The notes: generated from the letters alone by a model not told the origin. A DNA stretch of 61,570 nt, filler included, from Candidatus Tectimicrobiota bacterium (GCA_016193065.1; 6 parts of 6 records of this genome joined end to end with filler, not necessarily neighbours in it), one strand, 5' to 3'; counted from the first letter of the whole stretch, positions 49,769 to 61,047 are shown. Translations and numbers: made by a program.

Positions 49769-50113
49769 CTACTTGTCGAAAACCTCTCCGCACTTCTTGC
49801 ACACCCGGACCTTCTTGCCGTCCTGCATGGTCGCCCAGGAAACCCGCACGGGCTTGCCGCATTGGGCGCAGAGCAGCATGAGGTTGGAGATGTGAATCAG
49901 GGCTTCTTTCTCCAGAATCCCTCCTTGCTGGGAAACTTTGGAGGGACGGGTGTGGCGCTTGACCATATTGATCTTCTCGACCAGTGCCTTGTTCTCGCGG
50001 GGGACCACCCGCAGGACCTTGCCCGACTTACCCCGGTCTTTTCCCGCCATGACTTGCACGTAGTCGTTCTTCTTAATCTTGGTCTTGACGACCCCTGTGG
50101 CCTGCGCCGCCAT
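49769..50113 (-). CDS. rplX: 50S ribosomal protein L24
   Basis: KIKKND.V.V.AGKDRGK, HISN; ATG 50113. Confidence 0.96.
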   Translation of the reverse strand: MAAQATGVVKTKIKKNDYVQVMAGKDRGKSGKVLRVVPRENKALVEKINMVKRHTRPSKVSQQGGILEKEALIHISNLMLLCAQCGKPVRVSWATMQDGKKVRVCKKCGEVFDK

Positions 50114-50115
50114 AA

Positions 50116-50484
50116 CTAGAGCACCTCCGGGGCCAGGGAAATAATCTTCATGAAACGTTTGCGCCTCAACTCCCGCCCCACCGGGCCAAAAATCCGGGTG
50201 CCGATGGGCTCTTTCTGCTCGTTGATCAGAACCGCAGCATTCTCGTCGAACCGGATATAGGTGCCGTCCGGCCGGCCCACTTCCTTGCGGGTTCGCACCA
50301 CCACGGCTTTTTTCACCTCTCCCTTTTTGACCGGGGCGTTCGGGGTAGCCTCCTTCACGCTGACCACGATGATATCCCCGATAGTCGCATACCGGCGCAT
50401 GGAGCCCCCCAGCACCCGGATGCACTGGGCGGTCTTGGCGCCGGAGTTGTCGGCGATATTCACGATGGTCCGCAGCTGGATCAT
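50116..50484 (-). CDS. rplN: 50S ribosomal protein L14
   Basis: [22 protein letters not shown]. Confidence 0.98.
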   Translation of the reverse strand: MIQLRTIVNIADNSGAKTAQCIRVLGGSMRRYATIGDIIVVSVKEATPNAPVKKGEVKKAVVVRTRKEVGRPDGTYIRFDENAAVLINEQKEPIGTRIFGPVGRELRRKRFMKIISLAPEVL

Positions 50485-50789
50485 GGGGTCTCTTCTCCCG
50501 CCGCCTTCACCTTCCCCTGAACCGGAGCCAGAACCGTCGCCCTCTCCAGGACTTTAGTGACCCTCCAGCGCTTTTCCTTGCTCAAGGGGCGGGTCTCCAC
50601 GATCCGGACCTTGTCCCCCACGCGGCAACGATTCTCGTCATCGTGGACCTTGTACTTCTTGGTCTGCCGCACGACCCGCTGGTACACGGGGTGCTGGTAC
50701 TGGCGCTGGACGGAAACCACCACGGTTTTATCCATCTTGTCGCTGATCACCAAGCCGACCCGGACTTTCCGTCTCTCTGGTCCTCTCAT
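50481..50789 (-). CDS. rpsQ: 30S ribosomal protein S17
   Basis: [20 protein letters not shown]. Confidence 0.97.
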   Translation of the reverse strand: MRGPERRKVRVGLVISDKMDKTVVVSVQRQYQHPVYQRVVRQTKKYKVHDDENRCRVGDKVRIVETRPLSKEKRWRVTKVLERATVLAPVQGKVKAAGEETP

Positions 50790-50998
50790 CCCTCGGTCCT
50801 CTCCGCCTTCTTGCGGGCCGATTCCCTGAGCAAGGTCTTGATCCGGGCAATGTCCCGCCGGACGATCCTCAGGCGCATGGGGTTTTCGATCTGGCGGGTG
50901 GCCTGCTGAAACCGCAAATTAAAGCGCTCCCGGGCCAATTCCGCTTCCTTTTGCCTGAGTTCCTCGTCACCCAGCTCTCTCAGTTCTCTGGCCTTCAT
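50786..50998 (-). CDS. rpmC: 50S ribosomal protein L29
   Basis: [15 protein letters not shown]. Confidence 0.96.
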   Translation of the reverse strand: MKARELRELGDEELRQKEAELARERFNLRFQQATRQIENPMRLRIVRRDIARIKTLLRESARKKAERTEG

Positions 50999-51414
50999 AA
51001 CCCACCTGTTGACTTGCTGACAAACTTCGTAGCCAGGGGGAGTTTGTGAGCCGCCAGCCGGAACGCCTCGCGGGCTTCCGGTTCGCTGATCCCGTCCATC
51101 TCATAGAGAACCCTCCCCGGCTTGATGACGGCCACCCACTCCTCCGGCGCTCCCTTTCCCTTCCCCATCCGGGTTTCGGCGGGCTTCTTGGTGATGGGCT
51201 TATCGGGGAAAATGCGAATCCAGATCTTCCCGCCCCTCTTCACGTGGCGGGTCATGGCCACCCGGGCCGCCTCGATCTGGCGCGCGGTAAGCCAGCCCGG
51301 CTCCATTGATTTCAGCCCGTATTCCCCAAAACAGATCGTGGCACCCGCAGAGGCGATCCCTTTGCAGCGCCCCCGCTGCACCTTGCGGTATTTCACTTTC
51401 TTGGGCATCAGCAT
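50995..51414 (-). CDS. rplP: 50S ribosomal protein L16
   Basis: [18 protein letters not shown]. Confidence 0.98.
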   Translation of the reverse strand: MLMPKKVKYRKVQRGRCKGIASAGATICFGEYGLKSMEPGWLTARQIEAARVAMTRHVKRGGKIWIRIFPDKPITKKPAETRMGKGKGAPEEWVAVIKPGRVLYEMDGISEPEAREAFRLAAHKLPLATKFVSKSTGGL

Positions 51415-51417
51415 GAT

Positions 51418-52080
51418 TTATCTCCCCGGGCCTCTATCGCCGTCTTCCTTCTGATCGCCCAAAATCTCCCCCTTGAAGATCCATACCTTGACCCCGATGA
51501 TGCCATACGTGGTTCTGGCTTCCGCGAACCCGTAATCGATGTCAGCGCGGATCGTATGGAGCGGGACTCTGCCCTCCCGGTACCACTCCATGCGGGACAT
51601 CTCGGATCCGCCCAGGCGTCCCGAGCAGGCAATCTTGATCCCCTTGGCTCCGAAACGGAGGGCGGCCGCCACGGCCTTCTTCATGGCCCGGCGAAAGGCG
51701 ATCCGCCGCTCCAATTGCAGGGCCACATTCTCGGCCACCAGTTGGGCGTCCGTTTCCGCCTTGCGGACCTCCTTGATATTGATGAAGATCTGCTTGTCCG
51801 TGATCCCTTGAAGCTGACCCTTGAGCTTGTCGACCTCGGCCCCTTTCTTGCCGATGATGATGCCCGGCCGGGCCGTATAGATATTGATCTTGGCCCGCTT
51901 GGCCGCCCGCTCGATCTCGATGCGGGAGATCCCCGCGTGGGCCAGTTCCCCTTTCACTGTTTTGCGGATGAGGATATCCTCGTGGAGCAGTGCGGGGTAA
52001 TCTTTCTTGGCAAACCAGTTGGAAGACCAAGTTTTGTTAATCCCGAGGCGAAACCCGACCGGGTGAACCTTCTGTCCCAA
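51418..52080 (-). CDS. rpsC: 30S ribosomal protein S3
   Basis: [25 protein letters not shown]. Confidence 0.98.
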   Translation of the reverse strand: MGQKVHPVGFRLGINKTWSSNWFAKKDYPALLHEDILIRKTVKGELAHAGISRIEIERAAKRAKINIYTARPGIIIGKKGAEVDKLKGQLQGITDKQIFINIKEVRKAETDAQLVAENVALQLERRIAFRRAMKKAVAAALRFGAKGIKIACSGRLGGSEMSRMEWYREGRVPLHTIRADIDYGFAEARTTYGIIGVKVWIFKGEILGDQKEDGDRGPGR

Positions 52081-52143
52081 GTCTTCTTTCCTCCTAGCAA
52101 GTCCCTGGAGAACTCTTCTTCCCTACCCCTACCCCTGCCCTTG

Positions 52144-52494
52144 CTACTTTCCGCCCTGCTCCTTCCCGCTCAGGATCAGGGTGACGTGGCTGGTGCGCTT
52201 GCGGATTGGAGTTGCCCGCCCTCTGGCCCTGGGCATGTGGCGCTTCCAAACCGGGCCGGGGTCCACGAGGACACGCGAGATGACCAGATCGTCCACCTCC
52301 TTCACCTTCTTGGTCTCGCTGGCATTGGCCACAGCCGAGCGCAGAACCTTTTCCAGCTTCCTAGCGGCTCTCTTCTCGGTGAAGGTCAAAATGTTCAGCG
52401 CCTCTCCCACTCTTTTGCCCCGGATGAGGTCCGCCACCAGCCGCACCTTCCGAGGGGAAGCTCTGAGGAATCTGAGGACCGCCCGCACTTCCAT
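52144..52494 (-). CDS. rplV: 50S ribosomal protein L22
   Basis: SPRKVRLVADLIRG, PRARGRA. Confidence 0.97.
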   Translation of the reverse strand: MEVRAVLRFLRASPRKVRLVADLIRGKRVGEALNILTFTEKRAARKLEKVLRSAVANASETKKVKEVDDLVISRVLVDPGPVWKRHMPRARGRATPIRKRTSHVTLILSGKEQGGK

Positions 52495-52512
52495 CGTGTT
52501 CCTTTTCCGTTC

Positions 52513-52797
52513 CTACTTAACCGAGGTCACCTTCTTGACGTGCCCACTGTGGGCCCTGAAGGTCCTGGTCGGGGAAAACTCACCCAGCTTGTGGCCCACC
52601 ATGTTTTCGGTGATAAAGACCGGGATAAACTTCTTGCCGTTGTGGACCGCGATCGTGTGTCCCAGCAGTTCGGGCACGATCGTGGACCTCCTGGACCAGG
52701 TCCGGATGATCTTCTTCTCCCAGGCCTTGTTCATTTCCGCGGCCTTCTTGACCAGGTGCTCGTCCACAAAGGGACCCTTCCGGATCGAACGCGCCAA
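52513..52797 (-). CDS. rpsS: 30S ribosomal protein S19
   Basis: [21 protein letters not shown]. Confidence 0.98.
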   Translation of the reverse strand: MARSIRKGPFVDEHLVKKAAEMNKAWEKKIIRTWSRRSTIVPELLGHTIAVHNGKKFIPVFITENMVGHKLGEFSPTRTFRAHSGHVKKVTSVK

Positions 52798-52810
52798 AAC
52801 CCTCTCCTCC

Positions 52811-53635
52811 CTACTTTTTCCGCTTCACGATGTAACGATCGGAGTCCTTCCTGGGCTTGCGGGTCTTATAGCCCTTCGTAGGGACTCCCCACGGACTGAC
52901 GGGATGCCGCCCTCCAGAGGTCTTGCCTTCGCCTCCCCCGTGGGGGTGATCCACAGGGTTCATGGCCACGCCCCGCACATAGGAGCGGAAGCCCAGCCAC
53001 CGGTTGCGGCCCGCCTTCCCCACGGAGACATTCTCATGATCCACATTGCTTACCTGCCCGATGCTGGCCATGCAGTCCATGGGGACCATGCGTACCTCCC
53101 CGGAAGCCAGCCGCACCTGGGCGTAACTCCCCTCCTTGGCCATCAGTTGGGCAAAGGTCCCGGCGCTGCGCACGAGTTGGGCTCCTTTGCCCTTCTTGAA
53201 CTCCACATTGTGGATGATGGTTCCCAGGGGGATTTCCTTGAGCGGCAGAGCGTTGCCGGGCTTGATGTCCGCTCCGGAGCCCGACAGGACCGCAGCCCCG
53301 ACGGCCAGCCCGATGGGGGCCAGAATGTAGCGCTTTTCCCCGTCCGCGTAGTGGAGAAGGGCGATGCGGGCCGAGCGGTTGGGATCATACTCAACAGAGG
53401 CCACCCGGGCCGGAATCCCCGGTTTGTCCCGGCGGAAATCGATGATCCGGTAGGAACGCTTGTGCCCTCCCCCCCGGTGCCGGCAGGTGATTCGACCCAG
53501 GTTATTGCGCCCCCCCTGCTTTCGCAAGGGACGTACGAGGCTCTTCTCGGGTTCTTTCTCCGTGAGGTCGGCAGAGCCGACCACACTGTAATATCTGCGG
53601 GAATACGGAATCGGTCGGAAGGTTTTGAGCGCCAT
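52811..53635 (-). CDS. rplB: 50S ribosomal protein L2
   Basis: [21 protein letters not shown]. Confidence 0.98.
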   Translation of the reverse strand: MALKTFRPIPYSRRYYSVVGSADLTEKEPEKSLVRPLRKQGGRNNLGRITCRHRGGGHKRSYRIIDFRRDKPGIPARVASVEYDPNRSARIALLHYADGEKRYILAPIGLAVGAAVLSGSGADIKPGNALPLKEIPLGTIIHNVEFKKGKGAQLVRSAGTFAQLMAKEGSYAQVRLASGEVRMVPMDCMASIGQVSNVDHENVSVGKAGRNRWLGFRSYVRGVAMNPVDHPHGGGEGKTSGGRHPVSPWGVPTKGYKTRKPRKDSDRYIVKRKK

Positions 53636-53637
53636 GG

Positions 53638-53934
53638 CTAGCGGACTCCCTCAAAGAACTCGATGGACTCGCCTTCCCGGAGAGTCACGATGGCCTTCTT
53701 CCAGTCGGAGCGCTGGCCGGTTCTCCTCCCGAGCCGCCGCTTCTTGCCCTCGAAGTTCAGGGTATTGACCCTTTCCACGTGAACGTTGAAAAGGGATTCC
53801 ACCGCTTCCTTGATCTCCTGCTTGTTGGCGCGCCGGTCCACCTTGAACACGACCTTCGGGCTCCCGGGCTCGGAGATCAGGGTGCCCTTCTCGGTGATCA
53901 AGGGGGAGCGCAGCACCTGGTAAAGAGTCTTCAT
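53638..53934 (-). CDS. rplW: 50S ribosomal protein L23
   Basis: [18 protein letters not shown] overlap with rplD. Confidence 0.96.
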   Translation of the reverse strand: MKTLYQVLRSPLITEKGTLISEPGSPKVVFKVDRRANKQEIKEAVESLFNVHVERVNTLNFEGKKRRLGRRTGQRSDWKKAIVTLREGESIEFFEGVR

Positions 53935-54554
53935 GGCGTCAATCCCTGTTCGATCTTGCCCAGGGAATCCCGGGTGCAAATGACTCGATCGTGGCTCAAG
54001 ATGTCGTAGACGTTGAGGCCGCCGCTCGGCAATACGTCCACCTGCGGGAGGTTTCTCACGGCCAGATCCAGATTTCGGTTCTCCTCCGCCACGACGAAGA
54101 GCACGCTGTCCCCGGCCTCCAGGTGCTTCAGGAGGGCCAGGGCCTCTTTGGTCTTGGGGCTCTCCAGCGAGATCTGGTCCACCACATCGAACTGCTTGTT
54201 CTGGACCTTGAGGGTCAGGGCAACCCGCAAGGCCTCGCTGCGCACTTTTTTGGGAACCTGATAGTGGTAGTCCCGAGGCAGAGGACCGAAGATCACCCCG
54301 CCTCCCACCCAGAGAGGCGATTTGAGAGTGCCGGCCCGCGCTCTTCCGGTTCCCTTCTGCTTCCAGGGCTTGTTGTTGCTGCCGCGGACGGCCGAGCGAT
54401 TCTTGGTGGCCACCGTGCCGCGGCGCCGGTTGTTCAACTGCATCACAACCACGTCGTGGAGCAGGTGATCCCGAATCTTCACGTTGAAGATCTCGTCTTT
54501 GAGATCCACCGTATCGACGACTTTTTTATGACAATCCACAACATCTAGAGTCAT
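53931..54554 (-). CDS. rplD: 50S ribosomal protein L4
   Basis: [22 protein letters not shown]. Confidence 0.97.
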   Translation of the reverse strand: MTLDVVDCHKKVVDTVDLKDEIFNVKIRDHLLHDVVVMQLNNRRRGTVATKNRSAVRGSNNKPWKQKGTGRARAGTLKSPLWVGGGVIFGPLPRDYHYQVPKKVRSEALRVALTLKVQNKQFDVVDQISLESPKTKEALALLKHLEAGDSVLFVVAEENRNLDLAVRNLPQVDVLPSGGLNVYDILSHDRVICTRDSLGKIEQGLTP

Positions 54555-54585
54555 GGAACACTCTTCCCGCCCTGCTGCGATTCCC

Positions 54586-54894
54586 TTACAGTTTAATTTC
54601 GATGTCCACCCCGGCCGAAAGATCGAGCTTCATGAGCGCATCAATGGTCTGGGGCGTGGGCTCCAGAATATCGAGAAGCCGCTTATGAGTTCGGATCTCG
54701 AACTGTTCCCGGGATTTCTTATCCACATGAGGAGAGCGCAAGACCGTATAGCGGTTCTTGACCGTGGGGAGTGGAATCGGCCCTACGACTTTGGCCCCCG
54801 TCCGCTTGGCCGTGTCCACAATTTCACCCACCGACTGGTCCAGAATCCGGTGGTCGTACGCCTTGAGTTTAATTCGGATTTTCTGCTCCGCCAT
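54586..54894 (-). CDS. rpsJ: 30S ribosomal protein S10
   Basis: [23 protein letters not shown]. Confidence 0.98.
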   Translation of the reverse strand: MAEQKIRIKLKAYDHRILDQSVGEIVDTAKRTGAKVVGPIPLPTVKNRYTVLRSPHVDKKSREQFEIRTHKRLLDILEPTPQTIDALMKLDLSAGVDIEIKL

Positions 54895-54933
54895 CTCCGC
54901 CTTTTCCGCTGCCAGCAAGATCCGTCCCTAGTA

Positions 54934-55102
54934 CTATTCTATGACTTCGCTGACGACGCCGGCGCCCACGGTCCGTCCCCCTTCCCGGATCGCAAAGCGC
55001 AATTCCTTCTCCATCGCAATGGGCGTGATCAGCTCCACCTGAAAGGACACATTGTCCCCCGGCATCACCATCTCCACCCCCTCGGGCAGCGTCACCACCC
55101 CC
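54934..55102 (-). CDS. tuf: Elongation factor Tu, C-terminal fragment
   Basis: [13 protein letters not shown]...[16 protein letters not shown]. Confidence 0.96.
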
Positions 55103-55202
55103 NNNNNNNNNNNNNNNNNNNNNNNNNNNNNNNNNNNNNNNNNNNNTTAATTAATTAANNNNNNNNNNNNNNNNNNNNNNNNNNNNNNNNNNNNNNNNNN
55201 NN
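55103..55202. other. Artificial contig spacer
   Basis: N run with TTAATTAATTAA linker. Confidence 0.99.
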
Positions 55203-55203
55203 G

Positions 55204-55992
55204 ACGATTCGCAATCTCCTGGGGGGCGATCTTGCCTACGGCGAGGCGGCCGTGTCGGCCGTCGTAACCGCTATCCAGAAGGGGGCTGACCTCCGAATCA
55301 TCAGCGGCAACGTGCATACGGTGGCAGAGTTCGTGTGGGTTGCCATGCCCAACTCACCGATCAATACCCTGAAGGATTTCAAGGGCAGGAGAATTGCCTA
55401 TACGAATCCTCGGTCCACGAGCCAGGCGCTGGTGGCTCTGCTCCTGGAGAAGGCTGGCCTGAAGGAAGGCGATGTGATGCCCGTCAAGGCTGGCGGTTTC
55501 GGCCCGGGGCTCGCTCTTCTCGAGCATGGCGAGGTCGACTCCGCGCCGGCGGCCGAGCCGCTGTGGTCGCAGAGGCGCGGGAAGTACAAAGCAGTCATTT
55601 GGGTGACCGATGTTCTCCCGCCCCTGAGCAATGTCGTGGGCGTCACAACGGCGAAAGCCGCCGCCGCCAAGCCGGATTTCATCCGTGCCGTGATAACAGC
55701 TCGCCGGAAGGCGGTGGAGTTCATGTACGCGAACCCGAAGGAGGCGGCCCGGATCATTGCCAAGGTCTGGAACATCGAACCGGACGTGGCTGAAAGCGTG
55801 ATCACCAACCTGTTAAACAGCGAGAAGAAGAGTAGGGTCCCCTATTGGGGCCCCGGCGACCTCCGTCTCGACACCATGGACAATATGCTCCGCGCCCAAA
55901 AGCTCGTCGGCGCGTTTCAAGGGGAGGCCGACTGGTCCAAAATCGTTGATGAACGTTTCCTCCCCGACGACCTCAAAACGAAGAAGCGATAG
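55204..55992 (+). CDS. NitT/TauT-family ABC substrate-binding protein (5' partial)
   Basis: DFKGRRIAYT, open frame from contig edge. Confidence 0.85.
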   Translation, partial: TIRNLLGGDLAYGEAAVSAVVTAIQKGADLRIISGNVHTVAEFVWVAMPNSPINTLKDFKGRRIAYTNPRSTSQALVALLLEKAGLKEGDVMPVKAGGFGPGLALLEHGEVDSAPAAEPLWSQRRGKYKAVIWVTDVLPPLSNVVGVTTAKAAAAKPDFIRAVITARRKAVEFMYANPKEAARIIAKVWNIEPDVAESVITNLLNSEKKSRVPYWGPGDLRLDTMDNMLRAQKLVGAFQGEADWSKIVDERFLPDDLKTKKR

Positions 55993-56015
55993 GCCTTCGA
56001 AGGCAGGCGGGCAAC

Positions 56016-56828
56016 TTGGCCAAAGGCGAAGCGCACGTAACGCTCCAGGGTGTGACGCGGGTGTATCCTGCGGTGGCCGGACAACAGCCGGTTCACGCGC
56101 TCGGACCCCTGGATCTGGAACTGGTCAAAGGCGAATTCTTCTCAGTGGTCGGGCCGTCGGGATGCGGCAAGTCCACCCTCCTTGATGTGCTGGCAGGTTT
56201 AGCGCCGGCAACCGATGGCGTCATACGTTTCGAAGGGGTACCGATCCATGGTCGGGTGCCGGACGGCATCGGCGTGGTCTTTCAGGAGGACGCGAGCTTT
56301 CCGTGGCTGACCGTCGAGGACAATATAGCCTTTGGCCTTCGGCAGAACAGCGTTGAGGCGGGCGAAGTTCGCCGCCGAGTCGATCACGCGCTCTCCCTGA
56401 TGGGCCTCAAGGATTTCATCCGCGCCTATCCGGCGCAGCTTTCCGGCGGCATGCGACAGCGGGTGTGCATTGCACGAACGCTGGTGCTTGAACCGCGGCT
56501 TATCCTGCTTGATGAGCCGTTCGGTTCGCTCGATCAGCAGACCCGCTTGCTCATGGGTGATGAACTCCTGCGACTATGGCGCGAGACCGAATCCACCGTG
56601 CTGCTCATCACGCATGCCCTCGACGAGGCCGCGATGCTGGCTGACCGGATCGGGGTCATGTCGGCCCGCCCGGGACGCTTCCTGGAGATTGTCGAGACGG
56701 GCTGGCCGCAGGATCGCGACAGCCGGATCGTGGCGCGGCCAGAGTTCGGCCGGATCACCGGCCGACTGTGGTCGCATTTGCGGGTAGAATCACTGAAGGC
56801 CCTGGGCCAGGACCGACCGCCACTATGA
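56016..56828 (+). CDS. NitT/TauT-family ABC ATPase
   Basis: GPSGCGKS, LSGGM, LLDEPF. Confidence 0.92.
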   Translation: MAKGEAHVTLQGVTRVYPAVAGQQPVHALGPLDLELVKGEFFSVVGPSGCGKSTLLDVLAGLAPATDGVIRFEGVPIHGRVPDGIGVVFQEDASFPWLTVEDNIAFGLRQNSVEAGEVRRRVDHALSLMGLKDFIRAYPAQLSGGMRQRVCIARTLVLEPRLILLDEPFGSLDQQTRLLMGDELLRLWRETESTVLLITHALDEAAMLADRIGVMSARPGRFLEIVETGWPQDRDSRIVARPEFGRITGRLWSHLRVESLKALGQDRPPL

Positions 56829-57577
56829 GCAGGGTTGGGTGGATACGCGTCTCCGTCGTGGTGGCGGCAGTGGCGGCGGTTGAATGGCTGTGCCAGGGCG
56901 GGATCATCACGAGGTTTACGATGATCCCGCCCAGCGAAATGGTAGTGGCGCTCGCCGGCATCCTGGCATCCGGTCGACTGACACCGGCCATTGTCCGGAC
57001 ACTTCGCATCGTCGGAATCGCCTTGTCCGCGTCGATCATCGTCGGATTCGTGTTGGGTGCCCTGCTGCATGCGTTGCCCCGAGTCCGACGGACGGTGGAT
57101 CCCCTCTTTGCGACGTACTATGCGATCCCAATTTATGCGTTCTATCCGCTGTTCATCGTGCTATTCGGCCTCGGCGATGTCCCGATAATCATCATCGGGT
57201 TCTTGCTGGCCGTTGTGGCTATGATCATCAGTACCCTGAACGGGTTCGACCGCATCCCACGTGCACTTCTCAAGACTGCCAGGATCTATCGCATGGGCCG
57301 TGTGCGGACCGCCCTGCAAGTTATGATGCCGTGCGCGGCGCCCTACATATTCACGGGCGTAAAGCTCGCCATAGCATACTCGTTCATCGGTGTCATCGGT
57401 GCCGAGTTCATCATGTCCGGGTCAGGCATGGGCTATGAGATCGCCTTTGCGTACAACAACTTCGATAACAAGGTCATGTATCCGCTGATCATGTTGGTCT
57501 TGGTCCTGGTGACGACAATTAACATGCTCCTCCATTTCTGGGAGATGATTCTCTTCGAGCGACGGAGGCGCCGCTAG
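56825..57577 (+). CDS. ABC transporter permease
   Basis: Multiple TM segments, GVIGAEFI...GMG; ATGA overlap. Confidence 0.9.
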   Translation: MSRVGWIRVSVVVAAVAAVEWLCQGGIITRFTMIPPSEMVVALAGILASGRLTPAIVRTLRIVGIALSASIIVGFVLGALLHALPRVRRTVDPLFATYYAIPIYAFYPLFIVLFGLGDVPIIIIGFLLAVVAMIISTLNGFDRIPRALLKTARIYRMGRVRTALQVMMPCAAPYIFTGVKLAIAYSFIGVIGAEFIMSGSGMGYEIAFAYNNFDNKVMYPLIMLVLVLVTTINMLLHFWEMILFERRRRR

Positions 57578-57587
57578 CTAGGGCAGC

Positions 57588-58325
57588 ATGGTCACAAGAA
57601 GTCGGGATATTGCGGTGTTGATCGTTGTGATCCTGCTCATCTGGCAGGGACTGCACCAATTCACGGGAACAGGGGTGTTGACGGCTCCTCTCGACACGTT
57701 CGCGCGAGTGCTCAGGCTGCTCGGCACGCCGAGTTTCTGGCCCCATCTGAATGAAAGCGCCAGCGCCTTTTTGCGAGCATTGACCATCGCGGTTGTTGCG
57801 GGCGTGATCGTCGGCACAGCTCTCGGCGCGCATCGACTGTCGGGGGAGGTCGCGGAGCCGATCTTGGTTGCGCTCTACTCGATCCCAAAGGTCACGCTGT
57901 ATCCTGTCGTATTGTTGTTTTTCGGTATCGGCATGCCGGCCAAGGTCGTGTTTGGCGCCATTCACGGAGTCGTCCCCATCGCGATCTTTGCAATGAATGC
58001 GGTCCGCAATCTCAACCCGATCTATCTCAAAACGGCAGAGATCCTGAAACTCGGGCCGTGGGCGACGGCACGCAAGGTTCTACTGCCAGCGACACTCCCG
58101 GAGATCTTCACCGGCTTACGCGTCGGCTTCTCGTTAACCCTGGTTGGAACGCTCCTCGGCGAAATGTTCGGTTCACAGCGCGGGCTCGGCCATCTCCTCA
58201 TGGCTGCGATCGGCTTGTACAGAATGGACACCATCATGGCGATCACTCTTCTGCTTGTCATTTTTGCCACCACGATAAATTCAATCTTGCTGGTGGTCGA
58301 CTACCGGCTCCACCGTCGCGTGTGA
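57588..58325 (+). CDS. ABC transporter permease
   Basis: YSIPKVTLYP, TGLRVG, GEMFG. Confidence 0.9.
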   Translation: MVTRSRDIAVLIVVILLIWQGLHQFTGTGVLTAPLDTFARVLRLLGTPSFWPHLNESASAFLRALTIAVVAGVIVGTALGAHRLSGEVAEPILVALYSIPKVTLYPVVLLFFGIGMPAKVVFGAIHGVVPIAIFAMNAVRNLNPIYLKTAEILKLGPWATARKVLLPATLPEIFTGLRVGFSLTLVGTLLGEMFGSQRGLGHLLMAAIGLYRMDTIMAITLLLVIFATTINSILLVVDYRLHRRV

Positions 58326-58346
58326 GGCGACGGGAGAAAATCACAC

Positions 58347-58446
58347 NNNNNNNNNNNNNNNNNNNNNNNNNNNNNNNNNNNNNNNNNNNNTTAATTAATT
58401 AANNNNNNNNNNNNNNNNNNNNNNNNNNNNNNNNNNNNNNNNNNNN
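58347..58446. other. Artificial contig spacer
   Basis: N run with TTAATTAATTAA linker. Confidence 0.99.
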
Positions 58447-59557
58447 TATGCCGTAAAAAAAGAGCCGTGGCTGCCGTTACAGCCACAATCCCAAATGTTT
58501 TATTGGTGTATGACTGCCAGTGGCTGGGTTGGAAAAGTTTCCCGGTAAGAACATGCTGGTTGAGAACAAGGATCCCGCCCACGCTCAGCGCGACCATGTA
58601 GCTCATGGCCAGTGTTTGCCCCGCTGAAGTCTGGGGGCTGGTCGTAATCGTCACAATAGCGAGCCAAACCAACACGAAAAGATGAATCCAGGGCAATAAA
58701 GGAGCATGGCTGTTCACAACGTCCAAACGCTGCAACAGATATGTTAAGCCGGGATCTCTCATCGCCTTCCACGTCCAGGCCCAGTACGGCAGCGAGACTA
58801 CAAGCGAAATCAAAACTTCCAAGCATAATATCCGAGCTCGCCGGCCGTCCTTCTCGGCCAACAGGACCCAAAGACACAACACGCCCAATCCCGCATAGAG
58901 GAAACTCCAGTAGAACACCCCGATGTAGAACAATATTCCAATCGCTATCCCGGCCGCGACGGTCCAGCACAACAGTAATCGATTCAGGCTTCGCCATACC
59001 AATACCAGGGCTGCAAAAAATAGCAGAAAATTAAATTGCGGGCTGATCGGTTTCAAGAACCAAAGCGGGTATGAATAACTGCCGTCGAAGATCTTCCCCG
59101 CGAATAAGAATCGCGTCGACAACAAATGGCTCCCTAAAACTACATACAAGCCGGCGGTGATACCCGCGAGTCTCGACTGTGACAACTCTTCCGTTAGAAG
59201 GTATGAAAGCAGGAAAAGCCCCGCCGTGAAGAGAAAGGCATAAAGGATCATTCCACTGCCGATCGATAGCCCTGATAATCGGGAAACGCCTGACAGCAGC
59301 AGCTCGGGCATAGGCACCATCACGAGAGGATCTTTCCGATGCTCGTAGATGAATGGGTTCCCCTGGCCTAATTTGCCGTACATTCCGGCGTTTAGCCTCC
59401 CGACGTAAAAGGTCTCGTCGCTGAATCCCGTAGGCCCGAGACCAAGGAAAGGGCGGGTCTCATAACGAATAACCAGCAGCGGAGCGGCATATACGAGCCC
59501 CACGAATAGCGCAGCGACCCACACTGTCCAGTTTGGAACGCCACGGGTTCTGCTCAC
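58447..59557 (-). CDS. Polytopic membrane protein, possible GT-C-type enzyme (3' partial)
   Basis: DE motif in first loop, many TM segments. Confidence 0.6.
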
Positions 59558-61047
59558 CTGCTTCCTGCGCCACCTTCCAGGACAAAAGCCCTCATGATCC
59601 CAAATTTTCCCGCGATAACTACCTTCAGCTTTGCCTCTGCCAGCTTCCGGCTCACCAGATCATTCAGTTGATGGTTCTCTAACTTATCAATCTCAAAGAG
59701 CAGAACTTTTCCCGATTCTCTCTCTATCCGACGGGGATCTTCGATGAATTCCTTCGCCCGGATAAACACCTGATCTCCGGGAAAAGCTTTTTCCCGTTGC
59801 ATGTAGTCGGAAAATCTCCGATCGTCGGGAACAATTACGACTCCGCCAGCAATCACGTTCGCCCTCGTAAAAGCAGCGGCTCCCTTAAAATCCACGATTT
59901 CATAGCGGACCACGGCCTGGTCGCGGAAGATGAAAAACACGGTGAGCAGAACCAGGGCGCCCGCCGCCCATGGCCCCTTCAGGCTCCAGACGAATCCCGC
60001 AAACAGAATCGGCATGATCAGGCTGGAGGCCAGAAAATAGCGGGACGTCAGCACAATTCCCAGACCCTCGTGAGCCGCCAGTGCCAGCAGGAAAGGGCCC
60101 ACAAGGCAGACGGCCAAAAGAGGGGCCCATTCCCTGCCGCCATCCTCCCGGGCAAGTTCCCTGTACCCCCGCCAGGCGATCACCGCTAACAGGACGACCG
60201 CCAGCAGCGTCGCCGCGGCCAGTACGGCAGAGCTGAATACCTCGTGCAACGGCAGCTCGGCGAACAAGTCCTGGTCGAGCCCCAGAATCCCCAGTGCCCC
60301 CCTGGCGATTCCCCCGCGATGAACCCCCCCCAGGTAAAAGCCCGCCCGTGCGGTCATCTGGGGGTGATTTATGAATACGGGCAACTGCCGTATCAAGTAC
60401 GGGACCCAGGGCGCGAACAACAGCAAGGTGGCCGCCTGGCAGGCAATCCACCACTTCAACTTCCCCGACCGGCCGGCCTTCCAGATACCGTACACCCCGA
60501 CGGCAGCCAGGAGAAGCCCGCTGAAGTAAAAGCTGTAGAGGCTCACGGTTGCGCCCAGAACAAACAGGGCCGCCCACTTCCACAACCGGCGTCGATCCGG
60601 CTCCTCGAAAAACCGCCCCGCGGCATAGATCCCCAGCACGCTGAACAAACCCGCCAGCATGTAGCTCCTCAGATACTGGGAATTCCACACCGCCTGCGGG
60701 AGAATCGCGGCCAGCCCCAGGGTCGTGAGGGCGCTTTTCTCCCTTTGAACTCTACAGGCAATCCGGTACACGACCAGGAGGGCCACCACTCCGGCAAGAA
60801 CGTTCAGGAAACGCGCCCAAGCCTCCCCGGAATCGATCCGGCCCCACGCCTTCAGCAGGAAGTAATACAGAGGAGGATGGGAGTCCTGCGCTACCAGGTC
60901 ATCGATCATTTGCCCCCAGCTTGCCTGGGTGGCCCTGAAGGTCCAAAATTCGTCGTCGTCCAGCGTTTTTCCCAGATTGGGGAGCCTCCAGGCCAGGGCG
61001 GCCAGGAGCAACAGGACGACGATCAGGGCGCGTCTCGGGATCTTCAT
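59554..61047 (-). CDS. GT-C (GT39/ArnT-like) membrane glycosyltransferase
   Basis: LDDDE, DSHPPLYY, R.Y motifs; ATG 61047 overlaps the upstream stop. Confidence 0.85.
   Translation of the reverse strand: MKIPRRALIVVLLLLAALAWRLPNLGKTLDDDEFWTFRATQASWGQMIDDLVAQDSHPPLYYFLLKAWGRIDSGEAWARFLNVLAGVVALLVVYRIACRVQREKSALTTLGLAAILPQAVWNSQYLRSYMLAGLFSVLGIYAAGRFFEEPDRRRLWKWAALFVLGATVSLYSFYFSGLLLAAVGVYGIWKAGRSGKLKWWIACQAATLLLFAPWVPYLIRQLPVFINHPQMTARAGFYLGGVHRGGIARGALGILGLDQDLFAELPLHEVFSSAVLAAATLLAVVLLAVIAWRGYRELAREDGGREWAPLLAVCLVGPFLLALAAHEGLGIVLTSRYFLASSLIMPILFAGFVWSLKGPWAAGALVLLTVFFIFRDQAVVRYEIVDFKGAAAFTRANVIAGGVVIVPDDRRFSDYMQREKAFPGDQVFIRAKEFIEDPRRIERESGKVLLFEIDKLENHQLNDLVSRKLAEAKLKVVIAGKFGIMRAFVLEGGAGSR

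Noticed and set aside
52121-52144. CCCTAC-type hexamer tandem repeat between rplV and rpsC
   Set aside because: Four degenerate units in a spacer with no sign of function.
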